From an uncultured bacterium (GTDB lineage: Bacteria > Bacteroidota > Bacteroidia > Bacteroidales > CAIWKO01): a DNA stretch of 64,000 nucleotides. Positions within the stretch are counted from its first letter, which is position 1; the number at the start of each line of letters is the position of its first letter. The DNA is taken from NCBI GenBank assembly GCA_903862465.1, contig CAIOYH010000217.1, positions 2,608-66,607 of the forward strand, given 5' to 3'. This document shows positions 26,266 to 37,100 of the stretch, piece after piece. Below the pieces are notes generated by a model. The model was given only the letters and a program-made list of their open reading frames with translations, was not told where the DNA came from and did not search any database. A program made the translations under genes and the position numbers.

Positions 26266-29013
26266 ATGGAAGAAAGAAACTGTCTCATATTAACACAGTA
26301 TAGGAATGATTATGCAGGTGATTATAATGATTTCATTGGCAAATATTATCATTTCCCTGTTTCCTTAAATAAAAACTATCTTAATGAATTCGAATCATTA
26401 CCAATTGAAGTGATTTTCAACGAACCTGAAAAACATGGGAAGGGGGAATTTTATGCTTATGGAAAAATTAATAACAAACCATTCGTTGACAAGAAAAACC
26501 AAGACCATTATTTCGTAGAAATTTCAGATTTCAAATTTTTTTCTAAGCCTGTTTACTTTAAAAATGAAAAGGGTGAAATATTAGAAAAAATATTCAATTC
26601 TGAATTTTATAATTACAATAATGCCGTAAGGAAAATTCGACCACAATTTTTAGACGAATTGTGTCTTGACGGAGGAATACTTTTAAACTTCAAAGCCGAT
26701 GCACACCTTGTCCAAGTTTTAGGAGAACAACTTATCGCATCCGAACGAGTTGGAATTTTAGAGTTGGTAAAAAATTCAATAGATGCAGGAGCATCATATT
26801 GCAATGTGAAAATTGAAAAAGTTCCGCCCCCACTTCCAGCAATATCCGAAACGCTTTATGAATTCAATGAGTTTGATGGACCCGTTATTGTCATTGAAGA
26901 TGATGGAAGCGGAATGACAAAGGAACAAATTGAAATGGGGTGGTTAAGACCTGCCTCCACATTAAAAACAAATGTGAAAGAACAATTAAAGCGTGAAAGA
27001 GAAAAAGCAATCAGAGAGAATAAACTTGAAACCTTTGAGAACTACTTAAAAATTATCAGAGCAGAAAACAAAGGAAGAATACCATTAGGAGAAAAAGGAG
27101 TAGGAAGATTTGCAAGCCATCGCCTTGGAAAAAAATTAATTATCAAAACCAAAATTGAAGAAAACAACTATGAGTATGTTTTGAAAATTGATTGGGATGA
27201 TTTTAATTTTCTTAATGGTTCACATAAAGATTTAGATGATGTGAAAGTTACTTTGACACGACAATCACCTTCAAGGGATTACGGAATAAAAAACAGCGGA
27301 ACGCAACTAATAATTTTTGGTGGCAGAGAAGGATTTGAATTGACAGAAAATGAAATTAAAGAAATAAACCGGACAATTTTAAAACTCAATTCTCCAAACC
27401 CAAATCCAAATTCCAAAACTCCTACTTTCAAAGCATCATTCTTTTGCCAACAAGTAAAAGCGTTAGACGAAGAAATTACTTACAAGAAATACGACCCTGT
27501 ATTTAGTATTTACGGGATTGTTGACGAGTGGGGAAATTTCGAATACGAATATATTTTTGAACCGCCTTACAATGTTCCATTAGCAAGTTTTAATCGCAAA
27601 GACCAAAAGTTAGATTTAAAAACCATTGACAAAAATCATTGGTTCAAAATAGAGAACGAAAGAAAACTTTGGCGTAAACCCGCTTGCGGTTCTTTCTACA
27701 TCCACATAGATGTTTGGTATCGAGATAGACCTTGGATAGGAAATTCAGATGATGAAAAAGAATTCAAACATTATTTAGAAGATTACGGAGGATTATCAAT
27801 ATACAGAGATGGAATAAATGTTTTTTCAGCAGAGAACGGAACAGAAACAGATTGGCTAGGTTTGCGGCAAAGACAAATCAAGCAATCATACAGAATGTCA
27901 TATTACCATATGATGGGTAATATTGAAATTGACCAATCCACAAACATTGACCTGATAGATAAAACGAATAGAGAAGGCATGATTAAAAATCGTGCATTCA
28001 ATGACTTGACCGAATTGGTGAAAGCAGTTACATATTTTCTTGAAATAGATTACATCGGCAAGAGAGACGAATACAATAAATTGTCAGGCGATTTAGTAAG
28101 AGAACCAAAAGCACTTAAAGGATTTCCAGACCAATCGGCAAAAATTATTTCAAACATAAATGCCAACTACGACATTGCTTTAGACCGCTATAAACTTTTT
28201 GAAAACATAAAAGAACTTGGCGACATCAGCGAAAGAAAAGGCAAGTTGGTTGATTTGTCAAAGTCATTACACAACCTTGAAGACAACTTAAAACAAATTC
28301 AAGAAGTGCAAGAAATGCTTACAGAGCAAGCAGGTTTTGGTTTAGGCATTGCCGTTGCATTGCATGAAATCAGCAAAACTACTTCAAATTTTTATTACGG
28401 AGTTTTAGAAGTGCTTGAAAGCGGCAAATTTGAAAAAATAAAGCTTGAAGATTTAAAGGACACTTCACAAGCATTAGAATCTGAAATTCTAAGACTAAGT
28501 CCGCTTAGAGCATTAAGAAACGAAGACCCAATACAATTCAAGGTTTCAAAATCGGTTACTTATGTTCTTTCAGTTTTCAAAAGAAGGTTCAAGGCATTAA
28601 ATATTGATTTTGATTACAACACCGACCAAGATTTTGAAATCAAAGCAAGGTATGGAGCATTAAATCAAATACTCACAAACCTATTTGACAACTCTTGTTA
28701 TTGGATGGACAAGCCGGAAATAATAGACCGGAAAATCAGATTGAGAATTGATGCAGCCGACAGAACAATAATTGTTGCTGACAATGGAGAAGGAATTCAC
28801 GATTCAATTATGCCATACTTGTTTCAGCCTGGATACAGCTTAAAATTTCCACCAAGCGGCTTAGGGCTTTATGTTTGTAAACACTACATGAATATAATGA
28901 AAAAGAGAGGAGATATTTATTTGGCAAAGGAAAGAGACCAGATTCAAGGATTAAATGGAGCTCAATTCTTACTTGACTTTTCAAAAGTAATTTCCAATGA
29001 AGATGAAAAATAA
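26266..29013 (+). CDS. Dual-GHKL protein: unassigned N-terminal domain, MORC/Hsp90/MutL-style ATPase module, and a C-terminal histidine-kinase core (DHp + CA)
   Basis: Bergerat motifs ELVKNSIDAG (N170), IEDDGSGM (D212-G216) and GEKGVGRFA. C-terminal H-box ALHEISKT (H700), N box NLFDNSCYW, G1 ADNGEGI, G2 SGLGLYVCK. Confidence 0.75.
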   Translation: MEERNCLILTQYRNDYAGDYNDFIGKYYHFPVSLNKNYLNEFESLPIEVIFNEPEKHGKGEFYAYGKINNKPFVDKKNQDHYFVEISDFKFFSKPVYFKNEKGEILEKIFNSEFYNYNNAVRKIRPQFLDELCLDGGILLNFKADAHLVQVLGEQLIASERVGILELVKNSIDAGASYCNVKIEKVPPPLPAISETLYEFNEFDGPVIVIEDDGSGMTKEQIEMGWLRPASTLKTNVKEQLKREREKAIRENKLETFENYLKIIRAENKGRIPLGEKGVGRFASHRLGKKLIIKTKIEENNYEYVLKIDWDDFNFLNGSHKDLDDVKVTLTRQSPSRDYGIKNSGTQLIIFGGREGFELTENEIKEINRTILKLNSPNPNPNSKTPTFKASFFCQQVKALDEEITYKKYDPVFSIYGIVDEWGNFEYEYIFEPPYNVPLASFNRKDQKLDLKTIDKNHWFKIENERKLWRKPACGSFYIHIDVWYRDRPWIGNSDDEKEFKHYLEDYGGLSIYRDGINVFSAENGTETDWLGLRQRQIKQSYRMSYYHMMGNIEIDQSTNIDLIDKTNREGMIKNRAFNDLTELVKAVTYFLEIDYIGKRDEYNKLSGDLVREPKALKGFPDQSAKIISNINANYDIALDRYKLFENIKELGDISERKGKLVDLSKSLHNLEDNLKQIQEVQEMLTEQAGFGLGIAVALHEISKTTSNFYYGVLEVLESGKFEKIKLEDLKDTSQALESEILRLSPLRALRNEDPIQFKVSKSVTYVLSVFKRRFKALNIDFDYNTDQDFEIKARYGALNQILTNLFDNSCYWMDKPEIIDRKIRLRIDAADRTIIVADNGEGIHDSIMPYLFQPGYSLKFPPSGLGLYVCKHYMNIMKKRGDIYLAKERDQIQGLNGAQFLLDFSKVISNEDEK

Positions 29014-29884
29014 ATCAATAGACATATTTCTAATTGATGATGAGTTTCCTAAAACTTCGGAATTCACATCGGCATCAATTTATGATTCAGCTATTCATTC
29101 AGACAATCTCTATCAACTTGCAATTTCTCAATCATGGAAAGGCCTACAACCACTTCAAAAGTTGATAAAAGATATTGTAACAAGTAACCCATTTAAGGAA
29201 AATCACATTCAGTTGACTGGTTATACAAAGCCAACACAATGTTTGACAGATATTGAAAACGGAATCAAACCTGATCTTATAATTTACGATTGGGAATACG
29301 GAATGCCTAACCCGAGTGAATCGCAAGAATGGTTATTGGATATTCTTTCAAAGACAAAAGCATTTGTTTTTATTTACTCAAAAGTAAGGGATGAAATCCC
29401 TCAATTTTTGAATAAAAAAGTGTTTGATGAATATGCTTCAAGGTTTCAATTGTTTGAAAAAGGAAATACAAAGATGTCCATTTTTTCTTCTGAAGAGTTT
29501 ATTTTTCAATATATTTTAAATAGACTAAGTAATGAATATGAAATAATAATACAAGGAGAAAGAATTCAGTTTAAACAAAATGGATTTCTTAAAAAAGCAG
29601 AAGATATATTGTATTTAGAAAAAATTTTGGGGAAGAAAAAATTATTGCAAATATTAAAGGAAAAAGTAAAAATTATTTCAGATGAAACCCTAGTAAAGAT
29701 ATTATCTGAATTTAATGAAAAAATATACTTTGATGAATTGAACAATTTGCTAATTACAGCTGATTCAAAAATGCTAATTACAAAATACAAACCTGAAAAA
29801 TTACTAACGTATTTAGAAGTTGTTAAACAATACGGAATCAAAACTTTGGCAAGTGTTTTAGAGATAGGAATAGCAAAGATTTAA
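28997..29884 (+). CDS. Receiver (REC)-like domain protein with an unassigned C-terminal half
   Basis: IDIFLIDDE (D14, D15), PDLIIYDWEY (D98) and AFVFIYSK (S128) follow the REC beta1/beta3/beta4 pattern, with a long insert between beta1 and beta3. Its start overlaps the stop of the upstream gene by 17 nt. Confidence 0.5.
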   Translation: MKMKNKSIDIFLIDDEFPKTSEFTSASIYDSAIHSDNLYQLAISQSWKGLQPLQKLIKDIVTSNPFKENHIQLTGYTKPTQCLTDIENGIKPDLIIYDWEYGMPNPSESQEWLLDILSKTKAFVFIYSKVRDEIPQFLNKKVFDEYASRFQLFEKGNTKMSIFSSEEFIFQYILNRLSNEYEIIIQGERIQFKQNGFLKKAEDILYLEKILGKKKLLQILKEKVKIISDETLVKILSEFNEKIYFDELNNLLITADSKMLITKYKPEKLLTYLEVVKQYGIKTLASVLEIGIAKI

Positions 29885-29886
29885 TT

Positions 29887-30426
29887 ATGAGTGTCATACT
29901 TAAACATATAGGAAATAAATGGCAACCTATTCCTCCATTCAATAGGTCTGATAAAAAAACTATTGAAGAAGATTTAAAGGATGGTGAAGCGGAATATGAA
30001 GTGTGTGCAGAATTCATACATATCGTGGAGTGGGATGGAAAGCCACCCCTATTGATTGAACTGACTTTTGATGAAATTGCCGCATTAAAGCAAGACCCAA
30101 ATGAATTTAGAAAAAATCGAGAATTTTATCGTTCTAAATGTTTTTTGTGGATTATTGATAATCATTCATTAAAAATTGCACGAGAGAAAATTAGAAATGA
30201 AAAACGGGCTCTTGATCCAGATTATATATGCCATACTAACTTAACTAATGCAGGACAAGCATATATTGGGGGAGAAATATTATTTGGCGAAGATGGATTC
30301 ATATATATAAACTATTATTCTGATAGATACGGAGGCAGAAATACCCCCGAAGAACTTTGGATAGCATCCAAGGGGATTTTTAGAGATTTAGGCTATACTC
30401 ATCTTGTAGATTTCTTAGAATTATGA
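29887..30426 (+). CDS. Hypothetical protein (179 aa), function unknown
   Basis: ORF packed between its neighbours (3-nt gap upstream, ATGA overlap downstream). I recognise no motif; the only conserved-looking patch is CHTNLTNAGQAYIGGE...YYSDRYGG. Confidence 0.55.
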   Translation: MSVILKHIGNKWQPIPPFNRSDKKTIEEDLKDGEAEYEVCAEFIHIVEWDGKPPLLIELTFDEIAALKQDPNEFRKNREFYRSKCFLWIIDNHSLKIAREKIRNEKRALDPDYICHTNLTNAGQAYIGGEILFGEDGFIYINYYSDRYGGRNTPEELWIASKGIFRDLGYTHLVDFLEL

Positions 30427-31448
30427 ACCTTTACTCAATTGACATTTTCAGCGGTTGTGGTGGTCTTACAGAAGGAATGCACCAAGCCAATTTCAAAACT
30501 CAAATTGCATTTGAGATTGATGAAATTGCCTCAAAAGCATATCACCTAAACCATCCTGACACACTAGTTATTACAAAAGATATTCGGAATGTTTCTATTT
30601 TAGAAATACAAAAGCAACTGAATGGCAAAACGATTCATTTATTAGCCGGTTGTCCACCTTGTCAAGGTTTTTCTTCAATAAGAAGGCTTAATAGAACAAC
30701 ACCTGTTGCTGATGATAGAAATAATTTGATTATGGAGTATGTGCGTCTTGTGAAAGCATTGAAACCATACACAATAATGTTAGAGAATGTTCCGGGTCTT
30801 ATTGAATATGATTTATTTAAGGAAGCAATTAATATTTTGACAGAGGAACTAGAATATAATGTGGATTTCAAAGTAGTGAATGTGAAAAATTATGGAGTGC
30901 CTCAAAGCAGAAGAAGATTAGTTTTGGTTGGCTCACGATTAGGTGAAATTAATGTTGCCGATCCGGTAAATGGAAAAAGAACCGTTAGGCAAACAATTGG
31001 CAATTTACCATTACCTGAAAATTCTAATGACCCAGTTCATAAAATATTTCCAACTCACAAACCACACATTCAGGAACGAATTGAAATAACTCCCAAGAAT
31101 GGAGGTAGTAGAAAAGATTTGCCTGGAAAATATTTATTGAAATGTCACAAAGCTGAAAATGTTGGATTTAATGATGTATATGGCAGATTACGTTGGGATG
31201 ATTATTCAACAACTATTACAGGCGGGTGTCTGAATCCTTCAAAAGGAAGGTTTTTACATCCCGAACAAAATCGAAACATTTCAGCTAGAGAAGCTGCCCT
31301 ACTTCAATCCTTTCCTCCGGATTATAAATTTCCAACAAATATTCCATCGTCGAAACTTGCTTTATTGATTGGTAATGCATTGCCTCCTAATTTTAGTTAC
31401 ATTCAATCTGAAAACATAAAAGAACATTTATTGATACACCTTGGCTGA
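30423..31448 (+). CDS. dcm: DNA (cytosine-5)-methyltransferase
   Basis: Motif I DIFSGCGG, IV GCPPCQGFS, VI ENVPG, VIII QSRRR, IX REAALLQSFP, X GNALPP. Confidence 0.92.
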   Translation: MNLYSIDIFSGCGGLTEGMHQANFKTQIAFEIDEIASKAYHLNHPDTLVITKDIRNVSILEIQKQLNGKTIHLLAGCPPCQGFSSIRRLNRTTPVADDRNNLIMEYVRLVKALKPYTIMLENVPGLIEYDLFKEAINILTEELEYNVDFKVVNVKNYGVPQSRRRLVLVGSRLGEINVADPVNGKRTVRQTIGNLPLPENSNDPVHKIFPTHKPHIQERIEITPKNGGSRKDLPGKYLLKCHKAENVGFNDVYGRLRWDDYSTTITGGCLNPSKGRFLHPEQNRNISAREAALLQSFPPDYKFPTNIPSSKLALLIGNALPPNFSYIQSENIKEHLLIHLG

Positions 31449-31561
31449 TATCTTTTTCCGTCACTAAAACTTTGCAATTTCGAACTAAGTAAATAGTAGT
31501 TTGCAACTCCCCAATAACAAAAGCTTAATTGACAATAAAAACCTGATAATTTTTTAAAATC

Positions 31562-31972
31562 ATGAATGAAGATGTAATATACTATCCTAGATTAAAGAGG
31601 TTTCTTGATAAAATAGATGATCTTACCTGTAAGGAAATAGACGCACTAATAGCTGTTTTGCAAAAAGAAGCACAACTGAGAGAGACGAATGGGAGAAAGG
31701 TATTTGAAGATTCGAAATCAGGTGTCACCATTGAAGAATTTACAAAAGAAATAGAGATGACACAAAGATTAAAATATGCCTTGATGGAAATGGGAGATCA
31801 TAGTGGTCGGTCTTTTATTGACGAAATCACTCGGAAAAAATTTCTTCAATTCAGAAATGTTGGAGAGAAATCTTGGTCGGAATTCATAGACATAATAGAT
31901 AATCGTTTACAAGGCACCCGCTTCGAAGCTCAGCAGGATTTTCTAAGAAAGCACTTTAAGATAGAGCACTGA
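31562..31972 (+). CDS. Small protein with an RNA polymerase alpha-CTD-like helix-hairpin-helix segment
   Basis: MTQRLKYALMEMG...IDEITRKKFLQFRNVGEKSWSEFIDII resembles the alpha-CTD pattern (R..N.L....I..I..L......NFG.KS..E). Confidence 0.4.
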   Translation: MNEDVIYYPRLKRFLDKIDDLTCKEIDALIAVLQKEAQLRETNGRKVFEDSKSGVTIEEFTKEIEMTQRLKYALMEMGDHSGRSFIDEITRKKFLQFRNVGEKSWSEFIDIIDNRLQGTRFEAQQDFLRKHFKIEH

Positions 31973-32012
31973 TACCCCTTGGGTTTGCCCATAAAGATAA
32001 TTCGGATATAAC

Positions 32013-32465
32013 GTCTCTGTGTATCTCCAAATCTCTGTGTAGCCCTGTGTAACTTACCCTGTATTAAAATACCAAGCTCCAAAGACCAAATACCAAATCC
32101 CAAGGTTTGCCACTACGAATGTTCGAATTACGAATGGCTAAAATATCTCTGTGTATCTCCAAATCTCTGTGTAGCTCAGTGTAACTTACCCTGTATTAAA
32201 ATACCAAGCTCCAAATACCAAATACCAAATCCCAAGGTTTGCCACTACGAATGTTCGAATTACGAATGACTAAAATATCTCTGTGTATCTCCCAATCTCT
32301 GTGTAGCTCAGTGTAACTTACCCTGTATTAAAATACCAAGCTCCAAATGCCAAATACCAAATCCCAAGGTTTGCCACTACGAATGTTCGAATTACGAATG
32401 GCTAAAATATCTCTGTGTATCTCCCAAGCTCCGTGTAGCTCTGTGTAACTTACCTCAAAACGAAA
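32013..32465. repeat. Tandem 132-bp repeat, 3 full units plus a partial fourth
   Basis: ATCTCTGTGTATCTCC anchors at 32013, 32145, 32277 and 32409. The units differ at only a few positions and are built from the same words as the 10.8-kb mosaic. Confidence 0.92.
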
Positions 32466-32518
32466 TCCCAAGCTCCAAATCTAAATTCTAAAATCATAAA
32501 TCTAAAATCCTCAGCCCA

Positions 32519-32549
32519 TAAAAAAAGCGCCCCATTTATTCGAGGCGCT
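32519..32549 (-). terminator. Rho-independent terminator of gdhA
   Basis: AGCGCC(32526-32531)/GGCGCT(32544-32549) stem, followed on the minus strand by a T-run. Confidence 0.7.
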
Positions 32550-32579
32550 TTAGTGCAAGTAGTGATTAAGTTTTTTATC

Positions 32580-33977
<1,398 letters not shown>

Positions 33978-34173
33978 TCAACCTGGCAATACTTTTTTTG
34001 GTTTTTTTTTATCCATAAAATACTAAATTTTAATTACCTAAGATTCGGATAGGCTATCAAATTACTACCGAATTTAATTCTGCTTTATACATACAGAAAA
34101 ATACGTGTTTTACTTAGAAGCTAATTGGCATTTATTGCCTTATTTTATGCCGTTTTTAATACCCAAAAATTGC

Positions 34174-37100
34174 ATGAGTAATATTATAGATAATCAGAAA
34201 GAACTTCAAAAACTTGTGGCTGAAAACACAGAGCGTTTGAAGGAATTAGCGTGTATAAATTTTACGACGCAAGTGATTCGCGAAGGCAGGCCCATAGACG
34301 AATCCTTGCAAAAGATTTGTTCCAAGCTACCCAATGCATGGCAGTATCCTGAGTTTACTGTTGCCAGAATCATCTATGACGATTTGGTGTTTGCTACCAA
34401 AGATTTCGAGGTGACAGAATGGAAACAAAGTCAAACATTTTCCACCATTGACGACAAAAAAGGTTGTGTGGAGATTTATTATACCAAAGAATTTCCAATC
34501 TGCAACGAAGGTCCTTTCCTAAAAGAGGAACGAAATCTGATTGAAAACATCTCCAATTTGATTGTTGGGCATATAAATTCCTTGCTTGCCAAACTTATCA
34601 TCAACAAAACAAAGGCAGGGGAATCTCCTTCAGATGACAAAACGGGTCAAAACCAAAACAACATTAGTGGCAGGCAGCTTCTGCAACGTTTTTTAAATAA
34701 ACAAAATTATCAGCGCGATGTGTTTCATGATTTGATGCCGTTCAAGGTTCGAGAAATATTAATTGTGGCAAACCTCTATGATGCTTATAATATTGAAAAG
34801 GAGGGGCGCTTTGTGGAACATTTTCTTGGAGAGTATCATCAACTGAATTTAACGTCTATGCCGCGAGTCACAGGAGTGTCGTCGTCTGAAGAGGTGTTTT
34901 CACAGTTACGCTCAAAGCATTTTGATTTGGTTATCTTCATGGTGGGCGTTGACAGAAATGTGCCTATCGAAATCAGTCAAGAGATAAAAGATTCTTTTCC
35001 GTATATACCTATATTTTTATTGTTGAATAATAGTAGCGATGTTGAGTATTTCGAAAAAAAGAAATTAACGTATAAATCCATAAACAATATTTTTGTTTGG
35101 AATGGCGATCCAAAGGTGTTTTTTGCCATGGTGAAACATCTTGAAGACAAGGTGAATGTTGACAACGACACCAAACTAGGCTTTGTGAAAGTAATATTAT
35201 TGGTAGAGGATTCTGCGATTTACTATTCGCGTTACTTACCTTTATTATATACGAACGTATTATTGCAAACGCAACGCATCATAGAAGACGTTAGTTCGGA
35301 TGAATTGTTGAAGGTGCTTAGGCTCCGCGCTAGACCAAAGATTTTATTGGCTTCCAACTATGAGGAGGCTATACAGATCTTCAATAATTACAAAGAGTTT
35401 ATGCTGTGTTTAATTACAGATGTGAAATATAATAAAGACGGCATTGAAGATGAAAATGCAGGGGTTCATCTTGTGGAATATGTACGCAGTCAAATAAAAG
35501 ATATTCCGATAGTGCTGCAATCTTCAGACAAAGAAAACGCCAATAAAGCCTACGAGCTGAAAACAATTTTCATTGACAAAAACTCTGCTACCTTGCTTCA
35601 AGACGTGCAAAGTTTTATCACTCACTATTTGGGTTTTGGTAATTTCATCTACAAGAACGCCGATGGAAAACAAATTGCTGTTGCCCGCTCTTTGAAAGAA
35701 TTTGAGAACTATTTGAAGATTATTCCTGACGATTCGCTCATTTATCATGCAAAACGTGATCATTTTTCTTTGTGGTTTATGGCGCGCGGAGAGGTTCAGC
35801 TAGCACGATATATTAGCACCTATAAAATAGATGATTTCAAAACAACAAAAGATTTGCGCGATTTCCTGTTACATTCCATTGAGATGCATCGCAACGAGCA
35901 GAACAAGGGGAAAGTTATCAGTTTCGAGGAAGTTGACAATTTGGAAGAGAGTAGCATCATTAGTTTGGCTTCCGGATCTTTGGGAGGGAAGGGGCGAGGC
36001 GTTTCGTTTATCAACACCTTGATTTATCATTTCGATTTTCACCATCTCATTCCCAACATCAACATTCGTTGTCCGAAAACTCTTATCATTGGCACTGATG
36101 AGTTTGAGTACTTCTTAGATAGAAACAAGCTTCGAGCGATCATCAACGACGGCACCGATTATGAAACACTGAAAGAGCATTTCGTGAAAGGTACGCTGAC
36201 CGAAGGATTGATTAAGCGATTGCGCAAGGTGCTTAAATTGATTCGGAATCCTTTGGCAGTGCGTTCTTCAGGATTGTTCGAAGATTCCTTGAAACAACCC
36301 TTTGCAGGGATTTTCGAGACCTACCTTCTCCCCAATTCTCATCCCGATATTGATGTTTGCTTGACTCAATTGATGACTGCAATCAAATTGGTGTTTGCCT
36401 CTGTCTATTCCAAGGTGGCTCGTGGCTATGTGGAAGCGATTAATTACAACATTGAGGATGAAAAGATGGCGATAGTGTTGCAAGAAGTGGTTGGGAATCG
36501 TTATGACGATTGCTTCTATCCGCATATTAGCGGCGTTGCACAGTCCTATAATTACTACCCGTTTGGACACATGAAACCCGAAGAAGGCGTGGCAGTGGCT
36601 GCAGTAGGTTTGGGCACCTATGTGGTGGATGGCGAAAAGGCATATCGCTTTTCGCCCAAATATCCAACCACTGAAAATTATACGCCGAAAGATTTATATA
36701 AAAATTCGCAGTTGCATTTCTATGCTGTTGACTTAAGCAACAAAGATGTCAATTTGATGGAAGGCGAAGAAGCCGGTTTGATTAAACAAGATATAGATAT
36801 TGCTGAAGCCCAAGGCACATTAAGACATTGTGCTTCCGTTTTCGATGCACCTAACGAACGAATTATCCCCGGTTTGACACATCCCGGACCACGCATCGTT
36901 AATTTTGCCAACATTCTTAAATACAATTACACTCCCTTGGCAGAGACCATACAGGTGGTGTTAGATATAGTAAAAGAGGCTCTCGGAACTCCCGTAGAGA
37001 TTGAATTCGCTGTTGATTTGAATAAAGATAGTCAGAACCGTGCATCCTTTTATTTATTACAGATAAAACCCTTATTGGGCAATTCTACTGATTATGAAAT

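Noticed and set aside
34105-34173. GTG-initiated N-terminal extension of the PEP-binding sensor protein; similar extensions exist at 11173-11244 (wecB), 33924-33962 (gdhA) and 47099-47143 (LKR-like)
   Set aside because: The extensions add non-conserved-looking residues ahead of ATG codons that begin the recognisable family N-termini, so I prefer the internal starts. Start choice remains unverified.
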